Positions 51,991 through 62,620 of a stretch of DNA of 64,000 nucleotides are shown here, piece after piece. Location of the stretch: assembly GCA_963817915.1 (NCBI GenBank), contig CAWFQL010000012.1:288001-352000 (forward strand), read 5' to 3'. The position numbers and the translations under genes are program-made. Within the stretch, counting starts at the first letter, position 1; every line of letters starts with the position of its first letter. Under the pieces are notes generated by a model that was not told the DNA's origin, searched no databases, and saw nothing but the letters and a program-made list of their open reading frames with translations. This stretch comes from an uncultured candidate division Zixibacteria bacterium. Its GTDB lineage: Bacteria > Zixibacteria > MSB-5A5 > UBA10806.

Positions 51991-53427
51991 ATGAAAAATA
52001 AGATATCCTTATTATCAAAAATTGCGGCTTTGATATTTGGTATTATAGTCACTGCTTATGCGGCGATTTCGTTTTCATCTTCGGGAAGAAATGAAAAAGA
52101 GCCCAATATCATAAATCAGCCCTTGACCGGAATATTCAGAAAGGGTCCATATTTGATATATCCGGGTCATACTGATCAAATGAAAGTACTCTGGCAGTTA
52201 ACCGCTAATGATACCTGTACAATACAATGGGGACCAGATACAACCTATTCATCTGGCAATTCCACTACATTTGAGTATGGCAGCGATCATCAGCACTCAT
52301 ATAATATCGGTAATTTGGCATCCGGACAGATTTATTATTATAAGGTCAGCTGCGATGAACAAACCAAATCGGGATTCTTTCGCGCAGCGCCCGATTCCAA
52401 TTCTAATGCGGTTAAATTCATAGCGTACGGAGATACTCGATCCAATCCCGCGGCTCACGACCAGGTAGCATCGAGGATAATAAATACTTATACCAATGAT
52501 CCCGCCTATCAGACAATATTAATATCTGTAGGTGATCTGGTTAATAATGGAGATGTGGAAACCGATTGGGATAGTCAATTCTTCAACCAATCCTATCCCA
52601 ATATTCAGACAATGCTTGCCAATTACCCTTACGCCTCCGCAATGGGCAACCATGAGGATACAGGCTTGCTTTTTAATAAATACTTCCCATACCCATATGT
52701 CAGTAATCGCTATTGGTCGTTTGATTATGGTCCGGCTCATTTCGCTGTAATCGATCAATACTCCGCTTATGGCAGCGGATCATCTCAATTGCTCTGGCTT
52801 GCAAACGACCTGGCTTTGACCAGCAAGCCCTGGAAATTTATCGTTTTCCATGAGCCCGGCTGGTCTGCTGGAAATCACTCGAATAATGTGAATGTACAGA
52901 ATCTGATTCAACCATTATGTCTCCAATATGGCGTCTCAATCGTATTCGGCGGCCATAATCATAATTACGCGCGCGCTATGGTCAATGGAATACAGCATAT
53001 TACTACAGGCGGTGGCGGGGCGCCATTGTACCAGCCCAATCCAAGCAATCCTTATATCGTGGCATCGAGCATGTCTTATCATTTCTGCAAGGTGGAAATA
53101 GTCGGCAATCATTTATACTTCGCGGCTATTAATTCCAGTGGCGCCACTATCGACTCGTTCGCAATTGGACCGCGGTGCTCTTATGCTCTCGGCGACGTGA
53201 GCGGCAATGGCCTTTTCAACGGACTCGATGTTACTTACAGCGTGAATTATTTTAGAGGTACAGGTGGTCCGCCCCCATATTCCTGCGAATGCACGCCCGG
53301 TCATACCTGGTATGTCGCAGGCGATGTCAACAATTCATGCAGTTTCAACGGGTTGGATATTACTTATATGGTAAATTATCTGAAAGGCGGAGAAGCTCAG
53401 GCTCCTTGCCACGATTGCCCGCCGTAA
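51991..53427 (+). CDS. Secreted metallophosphoesterase (purple-acid-phosphatase-like, Fn3 N-domain) with dockerin-like tail
   Basis: YGDTR, GDLV, GNHE, FH, GHNH motifs; signal peptide. Confidence 0.9.
   Translation: MKNKISLLSKIAALIFGIIVTAYAAISFSSSGRNEKEPNIINQPLTGIFRKGPYLIYPGHTDQMKVLWQLTANDTCTIQWGPDTTYSSGNSTTFEYGSDHQHSYNIGNLASGQIYYYKVSCDEQTKSGFFRAAPDSNSNAVKFIAYGDTRSNPAAHDQVASRIINTYTNDPAYQTILISVGDLVNNGDVETDWDSQFFNQSYPNIQTMLANYPYASAMGNHEDTGLLFNKYFPYPYVSNRYWSFDYGPAHFAVIDQYSAYGSGSSQLLWLANDLALTSKPWKFIVFHEPGWSAGNHSNNVNVQNLIQPLCLQYGVSIVFGGHNHNYARAMVNGIQHITTGGGGAPLYQPNPSNPYIVASSMSYHFCKVEIVGNHLYFAAINSSGATIDSFAIGPRCSYALGDVSGNGLFNGLDVTYSVNYFRGTGGPPPYSCECTPGHTWYVAGDVNNSCSFNGLDITYMVNYLKGGEAQAPCHDCPP
53176..53424 (+). 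repeat. Dockerin-like tail copy 7
   Basis: CSYALGDVSGNGLFNGLDVTYSVNYFRG..SCECTPGHTW..GDVNNSCSFNGLDITYMVNYLKGG..PCHDCPP. Confidence 0.9.
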
Positions 53428-53489
53428 AATTGGCCCATAATAGTTTTTATGCTATCGATTGCCTGAAAAATAATCCGGGGTAGATTAAA

Positions 53490-54655
53490 TCACTTTTTAA
53501 TATTCGCGAAGGCTTGATCCAAATCATTGATCAAGTCTTTAACATCCTCTATTCCCACTGAAATTCTTATAAATCCATCGGTAATTCCGAGTTTCTTACG
53601 GTTTTCTGGCGGAACCGAAGCGTGAGTCATGATGGCCGGATGTTCGATAAGCGATTCCACTCCTCCGAGTGATTCTGCCAGAGTGAATAACTCCAAACCT
53701 GACAAAAACGCCTTCGCATTTTCGAGACTGCCGACATCGAATGATATAATTGCTCCTGAGCCGCAAGACTGCTTCTTATGAATATCATGCCCGGGATGAT
53801 TGATATCGCCCGGGTAATAGATTTTCCGCACATGTTTTCTGCGCTTTCAAATATTCGAATATCTTGTCGGCATTGCTTTGGTGACGTTCCATACGCACAT
53901 GCAATGTCTTAATTCCTCGCAGAGTCAGAAAACAATCCATAGGGCCGGGCACGGCCCCGGCGGCATTTTGAATAAAATGAAGCTTGTTTGCGAGTTCGGC
54001 GTTGTTGGTGACAATCGCGCCGCCCACAATATCAGAATGCCCGGCAATATATTTTGTTGTCGAGTAGACTGATAAATCCGCTCCATGAGCCAATGGGCTT
54101 TGCAGATATGGAGACATAAAAGTATTATCAACCACAAGCAGTGCGCCGATTGATTTGGCAATACTCGAAACCGCCGCATATATCCGTAATTTTTAAAGTC
54201 GGATTTGTAGGTGTTTCTATCCAAAGCATTCTGGTTTCAGGCTTAAGCGCGGATTTAATTTTCGATACATCTGAAGTATCGACGAAATCAAATTTAAGTC
54301 CGAAATTTTTATAGATTTTATCGAAAATCCTGAATGTTCCTCCATAGACATCATCGGAACATACGACATGATCGCCCGATTTGAGCATTTGCAGTATAGA
54401 TGAAATTGCCGCCATCCCCGATGAGAATGATATGCCGTAAGATGCCCGTTCAAGAGACGCCATCGATTTTTCAAGAGCCCTTCGAGTGGGATTGTCTGTT
54501 CTTGAATAATCGTAACCTTTATGAACCCCCGGCGAGGTTTGAGCATATGTCGATGTTTGGTAAATCGGAGTCATGATCGCCCCGGTCGATGGATCGGGTT
54601 CCTGACCTCCATGTATTGCCAGAGTGCCAATTTCTAATTTTTTACTATCCTTCAA
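53490..54655 (-). CDS. Cystathionine gamma-lyase/synthase family PLP enzyme; frameshifts near 54180 and 53836
   Basis: YSRTDNPTR, SSGMAA, YGGT, ETPTNP, VDNTF, STTKY.AGHSD, AESLGGVESL across three ORF pieces. Confidence 0.9.
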
Positions 54656-56024
54656 GTTCGGCTCCTTGCCAGAAATGAAATAAGGTCAATTTGTGTGAGT
54701 ATCCCGATAAGTTCATTGTTCTTTAATACAACCACGGCATTTTTAGTTTCGGTAAATATTTCGGCTAATTTCGAAATCGAATCATCGGGGCTGATTTGCG
54801 AATATTTCCTTTGAGTCACTTCGCCTACGGGATCATCAGGCCCCTCCGGATTTGGTCGCCAACGCTCTCAAGAGATCGAGCTCAGTTGACCATCCCGACT
54901 ATTTTATTATTGTCCATGACCGGTAACTGCGAGATATCATATTTTTTCATCAAGGATATCGCGTCTTTTATCGGACTGAGAGCCTTGATTGTCACAGGTT
55001 TGATACGCGCAGAATCCAAAAGCTCCGATACTTGTCCGGGTATGGATTCAAGCATTGTAAAACCATTGTCCGACATCCAGCCGTCATTATAAAATTTCGA
55101 GAGGTATCTTGTACCCGAATCCGGAAGAATCACAACTATCACGTCGCTTGGTTTCGCATTTTGGGCCACCTGTAACGCGCCGAACACTGCGCCGCCGGAT
55201 GACCCGCCGGCAAATAGGCCTTCTCTACGCGCCAAATTTCTGGCCGTGATAAAGCAATCCTTATCCGTAATCTGAATTATATCGTCAAGGACCGAAAAAT
55301 CCATCGCGCCCGTAATCATATCCTCGCCGATGCCCTCAACTTTATATACATGCGGCTCTATCATTTTTTTATATTTATAATAGTCATGGAAAACTGATCC
55401 GATTGGATCAACCGCAACAACCTTGATTCCCGGCACTTTCTCCTTGAGAAAACGACCCGCCCCGGATACGGTTCCGCCCGTGCCTATCCCGCCTACCAGG
55501 TAATTGATTTTGCCCTCAGTCTGCTTCAGGATTTCAGGGCCGGTTAATCGATAGTGGGCTTCAATATTCTCCGGATTATGATACTGATTTAGATAAAATG
55601 AATTGGGCGTCTCCCGAGCGATTCTCTTGGCGGTTTCGTAGTAGCTCAATGGTGAATCCGCCGGTACATTGGTCGGCGTGACTATTACCCGTGCGCCGAG
55701 GGCCTTTAGCAAATCAATTTTCTCGTTGGACATTTTATCGGGCATTGTGAAAATTGCTTTGTACCCCTTGACTGCCGCTACGATCGCCACGCCCATGCCG
55801 GTGTTGCCCGATGTATTCTCGACAATTGTCCCGCCCGGTTTTAGAAGCCCTTCTTTTTCAGCTTTTTCGATTATATACCAGGCCATGCGATCTTTGATTG
55901 ATCCACCCGGATTAAGAAACTCCGCTTTCGCTAAAATGGTTGGCCCATTTGCGGGCGACATTTTATTCAGTTTGACCAGCGGAGTCTCTCCGATAGCCTG
56001 CAAGATATTTTCAATATATTTCAT
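54652..56024 (-). CDS. Cystathionine beta-synthase with C-terminal CBS pair; frameshifts near 54887 and 54842
   Basis: NPGGSIKDR, TSGNTG, GTGGT, VEGIG, SQLPV. Shifted frames continue TELDLL..GILTQIDLISFLARSRT to a TGA at 54652-54654 overlapping the next start. Confidence 0.88.
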
Positions 56025-56181
56025 AAAAATGGCTCATTGTTCCTTGTTCGATTTAACTTACAATTATTACTGTTAGTTCCAGATCGAATACACTGCGACA
56101 ACTCTTAATTTATCGGCCAAAGTATGACCTGAATTGATAATGGTTTCTAATTAGGGCTTCTGTTCCAAAGTGCTGTTTATT

Positions 56182-57096
56182 TTAGTGTTTTTTGCCTTTG
56201 ATAAATGTGCCGTTATTGAATTCTTCAAATGCGATTCGCAATTCTTCCTGCGTATTCATGACTATAGGTCCATACCAGGCAACAGGTTCCTTGATTGGTT
56301 TTCCCGAAATCAGTAGAAGGCGAACTAAATCGTCCCGGGTAGAAATAACGATTTGCCCGCCATCATCAAATAAAATCAGGCTCTCATTTTCTATCAAAGG
56401 ATTTCTTTTGAAATCGAAATAATTGCTTCCTTCAATCTCGTAATCATACGGATTCTTTTCATTGCAGAATAACGCCTTTCCTTCAATAATATAGGCGAAA
56501 ACGGTATGTCCCTGAATAGTAGGATGGATATACTCCGAATTTCCTGGAATAGTGATATCGAGATATTCAGGCTCGATTACGATATCTCGTGCGGGCCCTT
56601 CTTTGCCCTGCAGTTTGCCGCAAATTATTTTAATAGTTACCCCGTTATCCAAAATCACTTCAGGGATCGTATCGCTTCGAATATCACGATAGCGAGGATC
56701 CATCATCTTGTGGGTCGATGGTAAATTAGCCCATAACTGGAATCCGCCCATTTGACCGTTTTTGTCACCCTTTGGCATTTCCTGATGAATAATTCCGCTG
56801 CCCGCAGTCATCCACTGGACATCTTCGGGACCGATTATTCCTTTATTCCCCATGCTGTCGCCATGCTCGACATTTCCGGTCAACATATAGGTTATGGTTT
56901 CTATCCCTCGGTGAGGATGCCAGGGAAATCCATTGATGTAGTATCGAGGGTCTCTGGAGCGAAAATCATCGAGAAGCAAAAACGGATCGAATAGTGGCAC
57001 TTCGCTGTATCCAAATGCCCTTTTAAGATAGACCCCAGCGCCTTCCACAGTCGGCTTGCTTTTAAATATCTTTTTAATTTTCCTGGTTTTGCCCAT
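56182..57096 (-). CDS. Pirin family protein
   Basis: DPFLLLD, HPHRGIET, QWMTAGSGIIHQE, QLW.NLP, YGPIVMN; ATG 57096 follows GGAGG. Confidence 0.92.
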   Translation of the reverse strand: MGKTRKIKKIFKSKPTVEGAGVYLKRAFGYSEVPLFDPFLLLDDFRSRDPRYYINGFPWHPHRGIETITYMLTGNVEHGDSMGNKGIIGPEDVQWMTAGSGIIHQEMPKGDKNGQMGGFQLWANLPSTHKMMDPRYRDIRSDTIPEVILDNGVTIKIICGKLQGKEGPARDIVIEPEYLDITIPGNSEYIHPTIQGHTVFAYIIEGKALFCNEKNPYDYEIEGSNYFDFKRNPLIENESLILFDDGGQIVISTRDDLVRLLLISGKPIKEPVAWYGPIVMNTQEELRIAFEEFNNGTFIKGKKH

Positions 57097-57303
57097 AACG
57101 ACCTCCATTTGTCATTATAAACCTAATCGATACTCGAATTCGATAATAGCTATTTTTGCGCCGGGGTCAATGAAATTTATTGGGAATTTTCGCAATGAAA
57201 CATAGCAGGCAAATCTAAGGTTAATTAACGATGGCTAATTGATCCAAACCAGGTTTGGAATTATTTTGGTTTTTGTATCTGTTATTAAGGGAGGAAATGG
57301 AAA

Positions 57304-59013
57304 ATGATTAATTATACGAAATACTGGTTTTTGCTATTAGCGGCAGTGGCCATGACCTTTGACTCCAATGCTAATTCCACCGTGTTAACTTCTGCACTCG
57401 TTGCCTCCGGTTTGAACGAGCCAGTATATGTCGCTTCGCCGCCGGGAACCCCGGGGACTCTATTCATCCTCGAACAACACACCGGGCTTATCAAAATTTT
57501 GAGAAATGGCCAGATTTTATCGCGCCCATTTCTAAATATTCACGATAGGGTCATCAATACAGGATCGGAACAGGGACTACTCGGCCTGGCATTTCATCCG
57601 AACTACGTTTCTAACGGATATTTCTATGTCAATTATATCGATTATTCCGGCAATACTCATATTTCGCGCTTTCAAGTTTCGTCGGATCCCGATTCATCAT
57701 CGCCCGGCAGCGAATATAATCTGATGATTGTCTTGCAGCCGTACACTAACCATAATGGAGGCATGTTGGCCTTCGGGCCGAATGATGGTTATTTATATAT
57801 TGGTCTTGGCGACGGTGGCTCAGGCGGTGATCCCGGCAATCGTGCTCAAAATGATAGCCTGCTTCTCGGCAAAATGCTTCGAATCGATGTTAACAATGGT
57901 CAGCCTTACGGAATCCCACCGGGCAATCCATTTGCGGGTATCGCCGGGGCTCGTCCTGAAATCTGGGCCAAAGGCCTCCGTAACCCCTGGCGCTACAGCT
58001 TCGATTCTCTAAATGGCAATTTGTATATTGGCGATGTCGGCCAGGATCTTTGGGAAGAAATAGACTATCAACCTGCATCAAGTGCAGGCGGTGAGAATTA
58101 CGGATGGAGATTGATGGAGGGTTTTCATTGCTATAATCCCCCTACGAATTGCGATCCCGGAGGCTTGACTATGCCAATAGATGAATACGGCCATAATCTG
58201 GGATGCGCCATTGTGGGCGGCTATGTGTATCGGGGCGGGATAATTCAACAGCTCGATGGCACATACTTCTATGGCGATTATTGTTCTGCTCGAATTTGGT
58301 CATTCCGCTACAATGGAATATCGATAAGTGATTCAACGGAACGCACCGCTGAGCTCGCTCCCGGTAATGGCCATTCCATCAACGGCATTTCATCATTCGG
58401 GCTCGATGGATATAATGAACTATTCATAGTCGATTACACTGACGGCGAGATTTATAAAATCATTCCTCGAAATCCGGGCGCGATTCAGGGCAGAGTAATC
58501 GATTCCAATAGACAACCGCTTTCCAGCGTTATTGTAAATTTACGATTAACCGGTGTTGGGGATACCACCGACAATAATGGCAATTATTTCCTTGGCGGAT
58601 TGGGAGATGGCACATTTGCTGTAAGTTTTTCGCGGCAAGGACAACGAGACTCTACCATTATGGGAATCACTGTTATCGCGAACGATACGACGACTTTCAA
58701 TCTTACCATGGAAGGTGCACTCGGCATATCGGGCGAAAATATTCTGCCGGGAAACTTTGCGCTGCATCAGAATTATCCCAATCCCTTCAACGCAGAAACC
58801 AAAATTCAATATGAACTCCCGAAAGCCAGCGATGTGACAATCGAAATATATGACATACTCGGGCAAATTATTAAAACATTTCGAGAAGGCTCAAAAGAAG
58901 CGGGTCAACATGAGATTACCTGGGATGCTTCCAATATTCAATCGGGGATATATTTCTATAGAATAACAGCAGGCGATTATACCGAAACCAAGAAGATGGT
59001 TTTATTGAAATAG
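57304..59013 (+). CDS. PQQ-dependent glucose/sorbosone dehydrogenase-family protein with regulatory-like domain and T9SS-type C-terminal domain
   Basis: EQGLLG.AFHP, NHNGG, GDGG, GLRNPWR, DVGQ..EE; QNYPNPFN..KKMVLLK. Confidence 0.9.
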   Translation: MINYTKYWFLLLAAVAMTFDSNANSTVLTSALVASGLNEPVYVASPPGTPGTLFILEQHTGLIKILRNGQILSRPFLNIHDRVINTGSEQGLLGLAFHPNYVSNGYFYVNYIDYSGNTHISRFQVSSDPDSSSPGSEYNLMIVLQPYTNHNGGMLAFGPNDGYLYIGLGDGGSGGDPGNRAQNDSLLLGKMLRIDVNNGQPYGIPPGNPFAGIAGARPEIWAKGLRNPWRYSFDSLNGNLYIGDVGQDLWEEIDYQPASSAGGENYGWRLMEGFHCYNPPTNCDPGGLTMPIDEYGHNLGCAIVGGYVYRGGIIQQLDGTYFYGDYCSARIWSFRYNGISISDSTERTAELAPGNGHSINGISSFGLDGYNELFIVDYTDGEIYKIIPRNPGAIQGRVIDSNRQPLSSVIVNLRLTGVGDTTDNNGNYFLGGLGDGTFAVSFSRQGQRDSTIMGITVIANDTTTFNLTMEGALGISGENILPGNFALHQNYPNPFNAETKIQYELPKASDVTIEIYDILGQIIKTFREGSKEAGQHEITWDASNIQSGIYFYRITAGDYTETKKMVLLK

Positions 59014-59036
59014 TTATTTTTTGAATTAGGAATATT

Positions 59037-60188
59037 TTAGCCGAGTGTCAGCGAAGAAGAGGTCTTTGATGCTTCTTCAAATTCGGCAACTAAGGTTGCC
59101 ATTAATTCTTTGACCGAGATTATTTCATCGATCCTGTAAGCATTGGCCCCCGCGAATGCAAATCCGTTCTTGAATATGCCTTTTTGGGCGCTCATGAGTG
59201 CATGCGCAATACAATAGGGCGTATTTTTGTAATCACAGGTAATTATGCAATGATATGGGCATTTATGGGGCTTTTTTATACCGGATGAAACATCATCTAT
59301 GTATTTGTTGCGTATGGCTCGACCCGGCATTCCTACAGGGCTATTGATGATCACTATATCTTCAATTTTGGAATCTACATATAATTTCTTGAATGAAATA
59401 TCGGCGTCGCATTCATGGGTAGCTACAAATCTCGTTCCCATTTGGACCCCATCGGCTCCCATATCCAAATATGTTTTGATATCTTTGCCTGTATAGATTC
59501 CGCCTGCCGCAATTACTTTGATTTTCTTGCCGTATCGTACAGAATATTGGCCCGCTTCTTCAATCACTGAAGGGATTAATTTTTCTAAGGAATATTGAGG
59601 ATCGAATATTTGCGCCTTGGAAAAGCCAAGATGTCCGCCAGCTTTTGGACCTTCGACCACGAATGCGTCAGGCAGATAATCATATTTATTAAGCCATTGC
59701 TTGCAGATCAATCCGGCGGCCCTTCCGGAAGATACGATTGGTACAAGCGAAGTATGTGAATCGCTTAGCAGATATTTCGGAAGATTTAATGGTAATCCGG
59801 CGCCGGAGAATATAATATCAATCTCTTCTTCAATTGCCGTGGCGGCCAAATCTCCATAATTGGAGAATGCTACCATTATATTAAGGCCGATAATCCCCGC
59901 AGTTAAAGCTCGCGCTTTGCGGATTTCACGACGGAGAGCACGGATGTTCGATTGAATATAATTGGTGTAAAAGTCGGGCTCATTCATGCCCACACCGGCG
60001 GCTGCAATAACACCGATACCGCCCTCGTTGGCGACCGCGGCGGCCAACCCTGAAAGCGAGATGCCAACCCCCATGCCACCCTGTATTATCGGGATGGAAG
60101 CGGTTTTATTGCCTATGCTTAATGATTTCAGCGCGGAAGACAACACGGGAAGCCCATACCCTTCCCGAATTGCGGTATTAAGAGGCAA
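59037..60188 (-). CDS. Nitronate monooxygenase/FabK-like flavoprotein (start uncertain)
   Basis: PIIQGGMGVG, SGAGLP, VEG..AGGH, AAGG, QMGTRF. Confidence 0.88.
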   Translation of the reverse strand: MPLNTAIREGYGLPVLSSALKSLSIGNKTASIPIIQGGMGVGISLSGLAAAVANEGGIGVIAAAGVGMNEPDFYTNYIQSNIRALRREIRKARALTAGIIGLNIMVAFSNYGDLAATAIEEEIDIIFSGAGLPLNLPKYLLSDSHTSLVPIVSSGRAAGLICKQWLNKYDYLPDAFVVEGPKAGGHLGFSKAQIFDPQYSLEKLIPSVIEEAGQYSVRYGKKIKVIAAGGIYTGKDIKTYLDMGADGVQMGTRFVATHECDADISFKKLYVDSKIEDIVIINSPVGMPGRAIRNKYIDDVSSGIKKPHKCPYHCIITCDYKNTPYCIAHALMSAQKGIFKNGFAFAGANAYRIDEIISVKELMATLVAEFEEASKTSSSLTLG

Positions 60189-60554
60189 TGATTTTCGATA
60201 AGAAAAACCTTCAGATTACTTTCCTTTATTTCCAAATCGTAGGTAATCGATACCCCGATTGCCATATTATACGCATTTTTCAGGGACTTGGCAAGTACTA
60301 TCGGCCATAAAAAATCATAATAGACAAGGATAAAGAATAACCTCATATTTGCGATAAATGTTCCATAATTACGATAATAAAAATGACATTCAATTTCAAA
60401 ATAGTCTTGACATGGGCTAATGCGAATCTATTTTTCCTACTGGTCGGATGAATGAAGGGAGGTCCGATCATCGAAATTAAGGTATTGTTATTCGCGGGAG
60501 TCAAAGAGCTATTAAAGAAGCGAAATATGATTTCGCGCATCAAGGAGCAATGTC

Positions 60555-60956
60555 ATGACTAAGCAGCAAGTCTATGAAGAGATGAAGGAAATGCTGGGAT
60601 TGGTACCGACGTTTTTCAAATCCATCCCGGATTCATCGGTAGAACTCGAATGGAATTTAATGAAACAGGTGCAGATGGAAGAGGGGCCGATACCAAATAA
60701 ATATCGGGAATTAATCGGGGTAGCAGTGGCCTCTGTAATGAGATGTAAATACTGCGCGTTTTTCCATACTGAGATGGCGAAGCTTAACGGCGCAACAAAG
60801 GAAGAGATCGAGGACGCGGTTCATTTCGCAAAATCAAGCGCCGGCTGGAGCACCTACCTCAATGGGCTGCAATTTGATTACGACCAGTTCAAGCGCGAAA
60901 TACTTCAGGTCAGCGAATACGTTCGTTCAATGAATAAAGAAAAGGTCCACGCGTAA
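60555..60956 (+). CDS. Carboxymuconolactone decarboxylase/AhpD-family protein
   Basis: K.RELI..AVA...RCKYC..FH...A...GAT.EEI. Confidence 0.85.
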   Translation: MTKQQVYEEMKEMLGLVPTFFKSIPDSSVELEWNLMKQVQMEEGPIPNKYRELIGVAVASVMRCKYCAFFHTEMAKLNGATKEEIEDAVHFAKSSAGWSTYLNGLQFDYDQFKREILQVSEYVRSMNKEKVHA

Positions 60957-60969
60957 ATAGAGGTGAATT

Positions 60970-61290
60970 GTGATCTTAGTCAGAGACATCTTTCAGCTCA
61001 AATTCGGGAAAGCCCGCGAGGCGTTAGCCTTGTGGAAAGAGGGATATCCGATTTTAAAAAAGAGCGGATATGTTCCCGATCGACTTTTAACAGACTTGAC
61101 CGGGCCGTACTATACGCTGGTCTTGGAAGGCAAATTCAAGAATCTCACGGACTACGAAAAAATGCAAAGCAGTGAAAGTCATTCTGATGAATGGCGTTCA
61201 TGGTATGCTAAATTCGTGCAGAATGTCGAATCCGGACGGCGGGAGATATTCAATATAGTTGACACAGGCAACGGCTCAGGTCCCAATTGA
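60970..61290 (+). CDS. Small hypothetical protein (NIPSNAP-like alpha/beta barrel)
   Basis: GTG start after GAGGTG; R..F.LK.GK, R.LTD.TG...T.V.E, W...Y....SG.RE.F pattern. Confidence 0.7.
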   Translation: MILVRDIFQLKFGKAREALALWKEGYPILKKSGYVPDRLLTDLTGPYYTLVLEGKFKNLTDYEKMQSSESHSDEWRSWYAKFVQNVESGRREIFNIVDTGNGSGPN

Positions 61291-61305
61291 TAATCAAAAA
61301 AGCTT

Positions 61306-61346
61306 AAGCTTCATGGATAGTAATTTGCTATCCGTGAAGCTTTTGC
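61306..61346. terminator. Bidirectional terminator between convergent genes
   Basis: AAGCTTCATGGATAG / CTATCCGTGAAGCTT inverted repeat with A- and T-rich flanks. Confidence 0.75.
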
Positions 61347-61375
61347 ATTTCTAAAATGCTAAATTATCAATTATC

Positions 61376-62389
61376 CTAATATTTACGTAAAGCCATTATC
61401 GTGAGATCATCGGCAAGGGCGGTATCCGATGTGAAGGCGTAGATTTCCTTCATCAATTTCTCGATCGTTTCGCGTATTTGAGATTGGGAGCAATATTTTT
61501 TCAAAGTATCCAGCAACCTCTCTTCTCCAAACATAAGTTCTTCCCCGTTCTGGGCATCAGTCACGCCATCAGTAAAGAGATACAACGAATCGCCTTTAGA
61601 TAATTCCAATTGCATTTCGCTATATGCAAATCCTTCATGTACTCCAAGCACACCACCGGTCGGATCAAGCCTCTCAATTCGGTTATCATTTCTAATTAAA
61701 ATCGGCGGGCAATGACCCGCATTGACATAGGTAATTCTCGACGTGCCATCCGATTCAGGCTTCACTGCGATACAAACCATTGAAATAAATTTGGTTATCG
61801 GCAGATTATGGCAGAGCCAACGATTAAGCCGTGATATCAACTTCGAGGGGGAATCTATATCCTCTGCGAGGATGCGCAACGCCCCCTGAATATTTGACAT
61901 CATAAGCCCGGCAGGCAACCCTTTTCCCATTACATCAGCAACTATGACCTTGATCGTATCGCCATCACTACCCGGAAGAAAATCGTAATAGTCGCCCCCA
62001 ACTGTTCTTGCCGCTAATGATTTAACGCCGACTTCGAAGCCGTCGATTCTTTCGATAGCCTGCGGCAGGAGAGCTCTATGAATTTTGCCTGCCAGTGTCA
62101 ATTCCTCTTCGAGATTTGTGCGCTCCGCGGCGCTGATACATTCGAGGCATATTTGAGCAACCGGCTGAATTTCAAGCCTGTCAATTTCGACTGTGCCTTT
62201 GCACACTTCACATGTGCCATATGTGCCATTTTCGATGCGCTTTAAAGCGTCTTTAATCTCATCTACGAGCACTTGTACTTTATCTGCATCATTCGAATTT
62301 ACTCCGATTGGAGATTTCAATAAAGTCGCGACATTTGCCTCTCTCTGAAGCAATAGCTCTTTGAAATGTTCGAGATCGTTAATTGTCAT
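61376..62389 (-). CDS. SpoIIE/RsbU-type PP2C phosphatase with N-terminal DksA/TraR C4 zinc finger
   Basis: AL.RI..GTYGTCEVC...RL...P....CLEC; VGGDYYD, ADVMGKG, NAGH, FTDG, DDLT. Confidence 0.88.
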   Translation of the reverse strand: MTINDLEHFKELLLQREANVATLLKSPIGVNSNDADKVQVLVDEIKDALKRIENGTYGTCEVCKGTVEIDRLEIQPVAQICLECISAAERTNLEEELTLAGKIHRALLPQAIERIDGFEVGVKSLAARTVGGDYYDFLPGSDGDTIKVIVADVMGKGLPAGLMMSNIQGALRILAEDIDSPSKLISRLNRWLCHNLPITKFISMVCIAVKPESDGTSRITYVNAGHCPPILIRNDNRIERLDPTGGVLGVHEGFAYSEMQLELSKGDSLYLFTDGVTDAQNGEELMFGEERLLDTLKKYCSQSQIRETIEKLMKEIYAFTSDTALADDLTIMALRKY

Positions 62390-62620
62390 ATTGCATCCTT
62401 TCTCTGCCTCCTAAATATACGAAATATTTCAAAGAAGGTTGATATTCTTGTTATTTATCCAAACTATTTCTATTTAATAATTTTCATCTATCGTATCAAA
62501 AATGGAACAAAGACTGCAAAATTTAAGTCTATAATTAACTACTCTCGGGGCGTCCGATTGAAGTTTTTTTGAGTGATCTTGATGAGGGTAGCAAGCAGCT
62601 TTAAACAGGAAATGCAGAAC

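Noticed and set aside
56132..56152. Second Fur-like box upstream of cystathionine beta-synthase
   Set aside because: Only one good half-site, in AT-rich DNA.
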